From positions 15,574 through 79,573 of the forward strand of contig CAZAXD010000006.1 in NCBI GenBank assembly GCA_964489015.1: a stretch of 64,000 bases of DNA. The letters are read 5' to 3'. Shown in pieces: positions 56,967-64,000 of this stretch (the stretch's first letter is position 1; every line of letters begins with the position of its first letter). The DNA is from an uncultured Sphingobacterium sp. GTDB taxonomy: Bacteria; Bacteroidota; Bacteroidia; SpSt-205. Under the pieces are notes generated by a model that saw only the letters and a list, made by a program, of their open reading frames with translations, was not told the DNA's origin and did not search any database. Both the position numbers and the translations under genes were made by a program.

Positions 56967-57778
56967 AGCCGCCAGTTCTCACCATCGCCGGCTCAGATAG
57001 CATCGGAGGCGCAGGGATCCAAGCCGACTTCAAGGCTTTTGCCCTGCTTGGCGTGCATGGGATGGGCGTGATCACAGGGCTTACCGCTCAAAATACGCTT
57101 GCGGTCTCGGCCATTCATGCAGTCCCGGCTCGCTTTGTGCGTCGTCAGCTCGAGGCCGTTTTTGCGGATATACGGCCTGCTGCTATCAAGACAGGCATGC
57201 TCACCAACGGGGCCATCATCCACACGGTCGCCCAGTTTCTTGCTAAGCAGGGCTCAGCTATTCCGCTTGTCGTAGATCCTGTACTGGCAGCAGCCACGGG
57301 AGCTCGGCTCCTAGACCCCCAAGCGGAGGAGGCTCTCAAGCGCTTTCTGTCTCTGGCCACGCTTGTAACGCCAAACCTTGCGGAGGCGACTGCGCTGGCT
57401 GAGACACCGCAGCCGACCAGCGCGTTAGCCATGGAGGTCCTGCTACAAGCGCTTGTTAAACGATACCCCGGTCCTGCTTGGCTTATCAAGGGCGGCCACG
57501 CCACATGGCAGGGCGACCAGGTGGTCAGTCTACTTTATTACGCAGGACGCATTTATCGTTTGACACATCCACGATTGACTCTGGAACGGCCACCCCACGG
57601 CACAGGTTGCACGGCCGCCGCGGCGATAGCTGCCGGCCTAGCGCACGGCATTCCTCTCCCCCAAGCCGTAGAAAAGGCCCTGCAATTCACTTACGAGGCA
57701 ATTCGTCGCGCCAATCCTCATCTTTCCCATGGTTCGTTACTCCTGGACCCGCCACCTGATTGGACTCTTACTGCATAG
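56963..57778 (+). CDS. thiD: hydroxymethylpyrimidine/phosphomethylpyrimidine kinase
   Basis: VLTIAGSDSIGGAGIQADFKAF...IKTGML...GTGCT ribokinase-family ThiD motifs. The GTG overlaps the sucC stop. Confidence 0.85.
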   Translation: MKPPVLTIAGSDSIGGAGIQADFKAFALLGVHGMGVITGLTAQNTLAVSAIHAVPARFVRRQLEAVFADIRPAAIKTGMLTNGAIIHTVAQFLAKQGSAIPLVVDPVLAAATGARLLDPQAEEALKRFLSLATLVTPNLAEATALAETPQPTSALAMEVLLQALVKRYPGPAWLIKGGHATWQGDQVVSLLYYAGRIYRLTHPRLTLERPPHGTGCTAAAAIAAGLAHGIPLPQAVEKALQFTYEAIRRANPHLSHGSLLLDPPPDWTLTA

Positions 57779-58325
57779 CTTAGCCTTAGGACAGATTCAG
57801 ATTAGTCAAAATTCGACACAGGGCCCCTGCCACTTGTCTGCGGATTCCCTGAGGCCCATCACCCCGTCGTTCTGGCCCTATGTGTACCGCTACCAGTGGG
57901 ATCCGCAGCAAAAGACAGAGATACTCTGGCTAGCCCCCGCTGTGCGGCTAACGATCGAGCAGCGCGCCTGCATCCGCCATCATATCACTTATGAACTGCG
58001 CTTGCCTTTAGACTACCCGCTGGCAGCTGGCTTTACAAGAGGGTTGCTTCTCAAGCTCGACACCATCCTGACTCTCCTACATCGGGAAAATCCAGCCTTT
58101 CTCCGCCTCAAGGCGCTCGTCTTACCCCGCCTCTTAGAGCAGCTCCAACTGCGTGCTGTGGGCGAAGTAGCGATGGTCCCCTATCAAGAATGGAACTTCC
58201 TAGCCCAAGTCGATACCGATAAAAACGGCGCGTTTATCCGGCTGGAGGTGATACGCTACCTCAGTACTCAGACGATCCAAAGGCCGGGAATCCCAGAGTA
58301 CCTCGATGATGGCTGGCAGCGCTAA
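57729..58325 (+). CDS. hypothetical secreted protein
   Basis: 198 aa; N-terminal signal-like segment (HLIGLLLHSLALGQ); no recognisable domain. Overlaps the thiD end by 50 nt. Confidence 0.4.
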   Translation: MVRYSWTRHLIGLLLHSLALGQIQISQNSTQGPCHLSADSLRPITPSFWPYVYRYQWDPQQKTEILWLAPAVRLTIEQRACIRHHITYELRLPLDYPLAAGFTRGLLLKLDTILTLLHRENPAFLRLKALVLPRLLEQLQLRAVGEVAMVPYQEWNFLAQVDTDKNGAFIRLEVIRYLSTQTIQRPGIPEYLDDGWQR

Positions 58326-60154
58326 GCTTGCACCGGTAAGGACACCTCCACTTCTGTGGCTCCATTAGGACTATATTCAACTGGCTGGGTATAAGTCCAC
58401 AGGTAGCACTGCGTTCCTGCTTGGGGGCACACATACACGCCCAGTTGAAGGCTATTGGCCCCCGCTGGGGCGAGTACTACTTCGAGAAGCGTAGGCTCAG
58501 CAGGGCTCATCTCCAGGACCTTCTCCTGAAACGCTATCCAGCTAGGGGCTTCCTCATTACACTTAAACTCAGACGGCAAGCGAAAACGCAGCCGTATGGG
58601 CTCTTGGCTCTTTACAAGGATAGGAGCTAGACGCATTCCATCATTCCATAGGCTAAATCGCTTGACGGGACGTCTCGTTATGAGGCGGCGGATGGGGCCT
58701 ACCTCTAAAGTAGCGACCTCGTTTCGTCGAGGGTCCCAGACACGCAGCTGGTGGTTATTCGTATCGGTGATATAAAAAAAGCCATCTAACGCTTTGATGT
58801 CATTAGGCTCTGAGAAGAGGGCCTCTGAAGCGGTTCCATCCCGATAGCCGCGCTGACCTGTACCCAACACGGTCTCTAAGTGGCGACGCTCCAAGTCGAT
58901 CCGACGAATCTTGTGATTATACGTATCGGCTACCCAAAGCGCGCCGTCCTGCCACGTTAGGCCAATAGGATGCTGAAGCAGCGCCTGCGCGAAACTCCCA
59001 TCCCGATCACCAAACGTAAAAAGCCCTTCTCCTATAAGCGTTTTGACCTGATCGCCTTCTACGTAACGAATAGCTGAGCTTTCACTGTCGGCAAAGTATA
59101 CCCGCCCGTCTGGTGCTACGGTTAGGCCCGAGGGCTGTGCTAAGGCTGATACTAGCCGGTGGCCGTCTCGAAGGTCCTCCATGCCAGAGCCTACCCAGAC
59201 CTGGATGCGCTTTTGGGCTGGGTCTAGCTGCCACAGTTGATGAAAACCAGCCATGGCAATAATCAGCTTACCCTCTTGCCAGGCGATGTCCCAGGGAGAA
59301 TTAAGTGGGATTTCGAGAGCCGGTCCTTCTCGGTAGAGGCGTCGGGCCTGCTGCCCTGTGCCGGCGATAGTCTCCACCCAGGCACGTTGGAGATCGACCC
59401 GACGGATAAGGTGATTTTCGGTATCGGCTACGTACAAGGCATCCTCAGCAGCGACATACACGAGGCCCTGCGGCCGGTAAAAGGTCGCTTCCGCAAAAGG
59501 ACCGTCACGCCGGCCCTCGTCGCCACTGCCAATCACTACAAGCACTTCACCACTGGGACGCACCACTAAAATGCGATTGTGATTGGAGTCTGATAAAAAC
59601 AAGCGGCACCCCTGGGTATCTACTGCGAGCTTTCCCGGGAAGCTTAGCAAGGCCTCGGGTTGCTGGTACTTCTCGAGCCGGAGCGGCAAGGGCTCTAACC
59701 TTAGATATTGCGCATAAGCCGCACGCCACTCCAGCAGTCTAGGACGCAGGGCCTCATCAATGCCCTCACCCGAAGAGCGCCAGAGAAGCTGCCCCATCGG
59801 ATCAATTACTACAAAAGTCGGCCAAGCGTGGGCATCATACAAGCGCCAAATGTGATAGTCTTCATCTAAAATCACAGGATGCTCAATATCATAGCGCACG
59901 ATAGCCGCCCGTACGTTATCCACAGTCTGCTCGTTGTAAAACTTCGCGGAATGAACGCCAATCACGACAAGCTCTGGGAATTCCCGCTCTAAGTTCTTCA
60001 GCTCGGGCAAAACATGCATGCAGTTTATGCAGCAGTAAGTCCAGAAATCAAGTAGGACGAAGCGACCGCGCAGATCCTTTTCAAGCGATAAAGGCCTCGC
60101 TACGTTTAGCCAAACAAAGTCCTTCGGAAAGCTCGGCGCTAAGCGTCGAAGCAT
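58322..60154 (-). CDS. thioredoxin-like domain + NHL-repeat beta-propeller protein (NHLRC2-like)
   Basis: N-terminal TlpA-like fold with a CxxC motif (FWTYCCINCMHVLPEL). Then at least four NHL repeats (LYVADTENHLIRRVDL, YFADSESSAIRYV, LWVADTYNHKIRRIDL, FYITDTNNHQLRVWD). -7 box 4 nt upstream. Confidence 0.75.
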   Translation of the reverse strand: MLRRLAPSFPKDFVWLNVARPLSLEKDLRGRFVLLDFWTYCCINCMHVLPELKNLEREFPELVVIGVHSAKFYNEQTVDNVRAAIVRYDIEHPVILDEDYHIWRLYDAHAWPTFVVIDPMGQLLWRSSGEGIDEALRPRLLEWRAAYAQYLRLEPLPLRLEKYQQPEALLSFPGKLAVDTQGCRLFLSDSNHNRILVVRPSGEVLVVIGSGDEGRRDGPFAEATFYRPQGLVYVAAEDALYVADTENHLIRRVDLQRAWVETIAGTGQQARRLYREGPALEIPLNSPWDIAWQEGKLIIAMAGFHQLWQLDPAQKRIQVWVGSGMEDLRDGHRLVSALAQPSGLTVAPDGRVYFADSESSAIRYVEGDQVKTLIGEGLFTFGDRDGSFAQALLQHPIGLTWQDGALWVADTYNHKIRRIDLERRHLETVLGTGQRGYRDGTASEALFSEPNDIKALDGFFYITDTNNHQLRVWDPRRNEVATLEVGPIRRLITRRPVKRFSLWNDGMRLAPILVKSQEPIRLRFRLPSEFKCNEEAPSWIAFQEKVLEMSPAEPTLLEVVLAPAGANSLQLGVYVCPQAGTQCYLWTYTQPVEYSPNGATEVEVSLPVQA

Positions 60155-60158
60155 AGGT

Positions 60159-60166
60159 CAAAGGTA
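60159..60166 (-). promoter_or_regulatory. -7 box (tacctttg) for Trx-NHL gene
   Basis: Exact motif 4 nt upstream of the ATG at 60154. Confidence 0.6.
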
Positions 60167-60213
60167 AAAACAGATACTTAGGCAGATATTGGCGATTGTC
60201 AAGGGAGATCCTG

Positions 60214-60221
60214 TATATTTG
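60214..60221 (+). promoter_or_regulatory. -7 box (tatatttg) for T9SS cargo gene
   Basis: Exact motif 4 nt upstream of the ATG at 60226. Confidence 0.6.
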
Positions 60222-60225
60222 TCCT

Positions 60226-62202
60226 ATGCGACATGCTATCCTACTTACCGGCCTGACCCTCCTTTGGGCTCAGGCACCAGCGCCGCAAGGCGTTGACGCT
60301 TGCGGCTATCGGTGGTACACCCATCTAGCGGGTGTCCAAGATTCTACACCTACCTTTAGCTGGGTAGACATTTCGGGAACGGGACAGATCCTTAGTGGTC
60401 TGGGGGACGATAATTTTGCCGGGCCTATTAACCTGGCGACGCCTTTTGTATACTACTGGAATACGTACAGCAAGGTCTATGTAGGCTCCAATGGGTATAT
60501 TGTGTTTGGCCGAGGTGCCAATGTAGCCAGTGGAGCCCAACCGTATTTTTCGCGCTTCCCTAGCGCTTCTACTCCCAATGAGTGGATCGCCGTTTACTTA
60601 GCTGACTTAACCTTTACAGACGATACAGGAAACCCCATACCAGGCGCGAAGTTATTATACGGCACGGATGCGCAGGGTCGGTTCGTCATCACTTGGGATA
60701 GCGTCGCTTACTGGAATGGCAGTGCACCTGGCCAGTGGAGCGGACGAAATTCCTTCCAGATTATTCTAGATCCGAGCGATTCCTCCATCACACTCCAATA
60801 CAAGCAAATCGATGCGGGCTATCACAGCAGCTACGGCAACGGAAACTATAACGTGGTCGGCATGGAGAATATTACGGGCCAGTCTGGTTTAGACATTGCC
60901 GCAGCATGGCCCGTACCTTTTCAGGACTACGCCATCAAAATCTGGCATCCTCGCACCTTTGCCTGTACTAGCACGGACGTGCAGGCAGACTGGGTCTTAA
61001 ACTCGGCAGGCATGGGCCGCTTTGCGCTAAAGGGTGGTGCGGCGCCTAGCTTTGCTACTGGCATCCTCAATACCGGCAACCAGACAGTTACTAATCAGGT
61101 GCGTGCCATCTTAAACCTCCGGGGCCCCCTTCCTAGCTCGAATGTAATCGTCCATCGAGATACGGTGTTTATCCAGCCGCCACTTAATGTTGGTCAGTTG
61201 GCGAGTACTAACTACACAAAGGTTTTCAATCATAGTGCCCAAGCCACACCCTCTAATCTCAGGACAGGGAGCTATAACTGCATCACCTCCCTAACCTTGA
61301 GCGGCGACGGGTACACTGGCAATAACTTTAACTCGACCGAACTCGTCATTGCCGATGGCGCTCCCAATGGCAGCTACCAACTGCGCTTCGATGATGGCAA
61401 CTGGGATCCGCAAAATGAGTTTGGGGGCGGAATAGGCTCCATCGCTAACGGTATGGCCATCGTAGCCCCCGATGCTATCGTCGTCGAAGCGGTTTCCCTC
61501 GACATGCTTTATGAAGATGGCGGTGCCAATAATTATCCAGTCACGGTCTGGGTATACAGCTATGACCCCGTCAATGGCAGTGTTGGGGCCGGCTTAGATA
61601 CGCTAACTCTTGACCCTGTCGACTTTCCGAATGGCGATACCCTGCTAGGTACCTTCTCGAGCCAGAGTGGAGGTACCTTTTACCTGAGGCGTTATACGAT
61701 CCCCCTTCATAATCCTATCAATCTCACGGCGGGACAAGGGCTACTTGTCGGGTTTCTCACGACCGCTCCCCCTAATGCACAGATTAGCAACTACGTCGTT
61801 GATGACGCCAGTGTACCGATCTCCAGAGCTAGCTTTGAGGGTATTGCCGGAGCCTGGGCGTCCTATCGCGACGTAGAAAATACGGACTTTTCTATTGGGG
61901 TCGTAGCCAGGCTCGCAACAACTAGCGACTTAAGCACGCTACCTACGCCGCCCCGCTGGCAGGTCTCGCTTTTCCCTAATCCGACCACGACGAATCCCTA
62001 CTTACGATTTGAACTGCCCCAAGCGGGAACCGTTCATATACGGGTCATTGATCTCACCGGCCGCACCCTGCACCAAGAGTCCCTGTATGTCCCTACTACA
62101 AACTACAAAAAGCCGCTTTCGTGTCCCCTTGCGGCCGGCACTTACCTCGTAGCCGTCACCTACGAAGGCTATACCATTACCCACCGCCTCGTCGTAGAAT
62201 AA
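60226..62202 (+). CDS. secreted protein with por-type (T9SS) C-terminal sorting domain
   Basis: Signal peptide MRHAILLTGLTLLWAQAP; large beta-rich body; C-terminus ...SLFPNPTTTNPYLRFELPQAGTVHIRVIDLTGRTL...YLVAVTYEGYTITHRLVV typical of the Por_Secre_tail domain. ATG 60226 lies 4 nt after an exact -7 box. Confidence 0.7.
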   Translation: MRHAILLTGLTLLWAQAPAPQGVDACGYRWYTHLAGVQDSTPTFSWVDISGTGQILSGLGDDNFAGPINLATPFVYYWNTYSKVYVGSNGYIVFGRGANVASGAQPYFSRFPSASTPNEWIAVYLADLTFTDDTGNPIPGAKLLYGTDAQGRFVITWDSVAYWNGSAPGQWSGRNSFQIILDPSDSSITLQYKQIDAGYHSSYGNGNYNVVGMENITGQSGLDIAAAWPVPFQDYAIKIWHPRTFACTSTDVQADWVLNSAGMGRFALKGGAAPSFATGILNTGNQTVTNQVRAILNLRGPLPSSNVIVHRDTVFIQPPLNVGQLASTNYTKVFNHSAQATPSNLRTGSYNCITSLTLSGDGYTGNNFNSTELVIADGAPNGSYQLRFDDGNWDPQNEFGGGIGSIANGMAIVAPDAIVVEAVSLDMLYEDGGANNYPVTVWVYSYDPVNGSVGAGLDTLTLDPVDFPNGDTLLGTFSSQSGGTFYLRRYTIPLHNPINLTAGQGLLVGFLTTAPPNAQISNYVVDDASVPISRASFEGIAGAWASYRDVENTDFSIGVVARLATTSDLSTLPTPPRWQVSLFPNPTTTNPYLRFELPQAGTVHIRVIDLTGRTLHQESLYVPTTNYKKPLSCPLAAGTYLVAVTYEGYTITHRLVVE

Positions 62203-62222
62203 TCGCTCATCGTACCTTCTTA

Positions 62223-62256
62223 AAAAGGCGGGCTTCCTACGAGAAGCCCGCCTTTT
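62223..62256 (+). terminator. rho-independent terminator downstream of the T9SS cargo gene
   Basis: Perfect 14-bp inverted repeat aaaaggcgggcttc / gaagcccgcctttt with 6-nt loop ctacga. An A-tract on the 5' side and a T-tract on the 3' side give it a bidirectional look. Confidence 0.7.
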
Positions 62257-62273
62257 AAGTTCCGTTTACAACC

Positions 62274-62281
62274 TATCTTTG
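62274..62281 (+). promoter_or_regulatory. -7 box (tatctttg) for TauE/SafE gene
   Basis: Exact motif 4 nt upstream of the ATG at 62286. Confidence 0.6.
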
Positions 62282-62285
62282 TACC

Positions 62286-63059
62286 ATGGAAATAAGCAAC
62301 ATTGTTGCAGGATTAGGGATAGGGTTAGCGGCGGGACTCTTTAGCGGTCTAGTAGGCGTGGGCGGGGGGGTTATTATCATTCCGCTCTTAGCGGCCATAG
62401 GCTATTCCCATCATGCGGCACAAGGAACTGCGCTTCTGGTATTTTCTCTGCCTGTCTTAGCAGCGAGTGCGTATACCTACTATCGGCAGGGGCGAGCAGA
62501 CCTAAAGCTTGCGATCTTTATCGCGCTTGGTGTGGTAATAGCCAGCTTTGTGTCGGGCACCTTGGCCCAGAGCCTACCTACCCGGGCACTAGCCAGGATT
62601 TTTTCTGGCGTGCTAGTAGGGCTCGGGATTTATCTAATCAGTAAGCCTTTGTTATTTAGGAGGGCGACTCCTCAGGTGGAACTTCATGCCTTACCGCTCA
62701 AACAAAAGGCTTTCCGGGGCTTCTTAATCGGTCTTTTTTCCGGGGCACTCAGTGGGATTACGGGGTTGGGGGGCGGCGTGATCATCGTTCCGCTCATTCG
62801 CCTACTCATCGGTCATGACCAGCATACTGCTCAGGGCACAAGCCTCGCTACCCTCAGCATCCCTGTATTATTAGCTGGCATGCTACCCTATTATCGTGCC
62901 GGCCATATAGATGTCTCTATGGGGTTAGCCATTGCTGGGGGTCTTTTGGTGTCGAGTCTACTGGCTGGTCTACTGGCCCAGCGCCTGCCTGGTCAGAAGC
63001 TCCAGATAGGCTTTGGGGTCCTGATTGTGGGCCTAGGCCTACGAGGGCTCTTAGGTTGA
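62286..63059 (+). CDS. TauE/SafE-family sulfite/anion exporter
   Basis: 257 aa; two internally repeated 4-TM halves, each with a GxGGG motif (GVGGGVIIIPLL; GLGGGVIIVPLI). Confidence 0.8.
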   Translation: MEISNIVAGLGIGLAAGLFSGLVGVGGGVIIIPLLAAIGYSHHAAQGTALLVFSLPVLAASAYTYYRQGRADLKLAIFIALGVVIASFVSGTLAQSLPTRALARIFSGVLVGLGIYLISKPLLFRRATPQVELHALPLKQKAFRGFLIGLFSGALSGITGLGGGVIIVPLIRLLIGHDQHTAQGTSLATLSIPVLLAGMLPYYRAGHIDVSMGLAIAGGLLVSSLLAGLLAQRLPGQKLQIGFGVLIVGLGLRGLLG

Positions 63060-63088
63060 ATGGCGGCCGGGTCGTATATTGGCTGCCC

Positions 63089-64000
63089 TTGAAGCCGCCA
63101 ATCTGCTTGTGCTTAGGGCTGCTTGCCTGGGCTCAGACCGGCCGCCTAGCGCTTCGGGTCGTGGACCAGGACAATCAGCCCTTACCGTACGCCGTTGTAG
63201 AAGTAGGCACGCAACGACAAGAGACTGATTCTTTAGGTCATCTTAACTTAGAACTCCCGGCCGGGCGTCATCGGCTACGACTCTCGCATTTAGAGGCTTA
63301 TCCTTTCGAGACGGAGGTCTGGGTGCAGGCAGGCGCTACCACGCCGCTCGCCTTTAGCCTGCAGCGTCGCCAGATTACCCTGGATTCTTTGACGATCCAA
63401 GCTGAGAAGCTCAAACCCACGCAAATCGCTGCTATTCCCTTTTTACAGCCTATCCCTATACGCACCGAAGCGCTTCGGACCATGCCGAGCCTCAAACCGG
63501 ACCTAGAAAGCCGCCTACAGCTCATGGGCGCTATTAGCTCTAGTGAATTCTCGTCCCAGTATCGGGTGCGGGGCGGAAACTTTGATGAAAATCTCGTGTA
63601 CGCTGGGCTTGTAGAGATTTATCGCCCTTTCTCGGCTCGCAGTGGTCAGCAGGAAGGCCTGGGCTTTGTCAATCCCCTGCTCATCGAAGAGGCCTACTTC
63701 AGCTTAGGCGGGTTTGAAGCCCGCTACGGCGACCGACTCTCTTCTGTGCTGCAGGTCACTTACAAGCGTCGTAGTCAGCCTGAGCGGATCGTAGATGTCG
63801 GTCTCCTCAATCAGGGTCTGGCCTTCGTAGGCAAAAAGGGGCATTTATACTATGCGATCGGGGCTCGCCGCTTCGCTATCGGCTATGTGTTGCGCACTTT
63901 GCCCACGAAAGGTCAATATCGACCTGTTTTTTACGACGGACAAGCTTATCTGGCTTGGGAAAAGGGGGCCTGGCAGGCCGAGGTCCTAAGTACGGGGCTC
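63089..64000 (+). CDS. TonB-dependent receptor, N-terminal part (runs off window end)
   Basis: Open frame to nt 64000, not in the ORF track because it has no stop. Signal peptide; CarboxypepD_reg-like segment (RLALRVVDQDNQPLPYAVVEV); plug-like segment (...YRVRGGNFDENLVYAGLVEIYRPF...). Start codon uncertain: TTG 63089 or TTG 63056. Confidence 0.55.
   Translation, partial: MKPPICLCLGLLAWAQTGRLALRVVDQDNQPLPYAVVEVGTQRQETDSLGHLNLELPAGRHRLRLSHLEAYPFETEVWVQAGATTPLAFSLQRRQITLDSLTIQAEKLKPTQIAAIPFLQPIPIRTEALRTMPSLKPDLESRLQLMGAISSSEFSSQYRVRGGNFDENLVYAGLVEIYRPFSARSGQQEGLGFVNPLLIEEAYFSLGGFEARYGDRLSSVLQVTYKRRSQPERIVDVGLLNQGLAFVGKKGHLYYAIGARRFAIGYVLRTLPTKGQYRPVFYDGQAYLAWEKGAWQAEVLSTGL

Noticed and set aside
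62274-62281. Treating the -7 boxes as RBS or Shine-Dalgarno-like elements
   Set aside because: The motif is T-rich (TAnnTTTG), not purine-rich. It matches the Bacteroidota sigma-A -7 element and occurs on the coding strand at a fixed distance. The promoter interpretation is more parsimonious.
63060-63092. Tiny ORF MAAGSYIGCP* after the TauE gene
   Set aside because: 10 codons, out of frame with the following TonB-dependent receptor reading frame; spurious.
1-64000. CRISPR arrays, tRNA or rRNA genes, IS elements and prophage
   Set aside because: No short direct repeats with spacers, no tRNA T-arm or acceptor patterns in the few intergenic gaps of 70 bp or more, and no transposase, integrase or phage structural-like ORFs. 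The window looks like core chromosome.

Overview
This 64 kb window reads as compact core chromosome of a Bacteroidota-type organism with moderately high GC. It is densely packed with housekeeping and cell-envelope genes, with many 1-17 nt overlaps between adjacent genes and GTG/TTG starts. I found no transposase, integrase, CRISPR array, rRNA or tRNA, and no convincing defence island, so I cannot point to a clearly novel multi-gene system.

Recognisable content includes ileS (3' part), a dksA-like gene, lspA, lipB, an orphan nuoA-like gene, infC, fabH, fabG, a thiolase, mpl, kup, clpB, recR, lnt, rsmI, pckA, uvrA, topA, sucC, thiD, a 2-oxoacid dehydrogenase E2, and a UvrD-family helicase. Envelope and secretion content includes two TonB-dependent receptors (one partial at the window end), a triple lamin-tail-domain giant protein and a T9SS cargo protein (both with por-type C-terminal domains), DUF1573, and OmpA and M28 family proteins. 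Glycosyltransferases present are GT61, a GT2 fusion, GT9, and two GT1.

The strongest sequence-level signal is that more than 20 genes carry an exact Bacteroidota sigma-A -7 box (TAnnTTTG) only 3-10 nt upstream of their start codon, most often 4. This implies near-leaderless transcription, and I used it to correct several ORF-caller start sites.

The most unusual loci are:
- an SPFH/SHOCT gene whose 3' end carries a T-AAA-AAG slippery-like motif and overlaps, in the -1 frame, a 22-residue hydrophobic helix that runs stop-free into a sensor-less histidine kinase lacking a canonical start codon;
- a membrane-anchored single-domain response regulator (REC plus C-terminal TM) coupled to a secreted TPR-like protein;
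- a GT2 / polytopic-membrane / WbaP-N-like fusion coupled to a lipoprotein and a GT9 transferase;
- a lipoprotein-first TonB-dependent receptor pair with its own promoter.

All coordinates were read by eye and may be off by a nucleotide or two.
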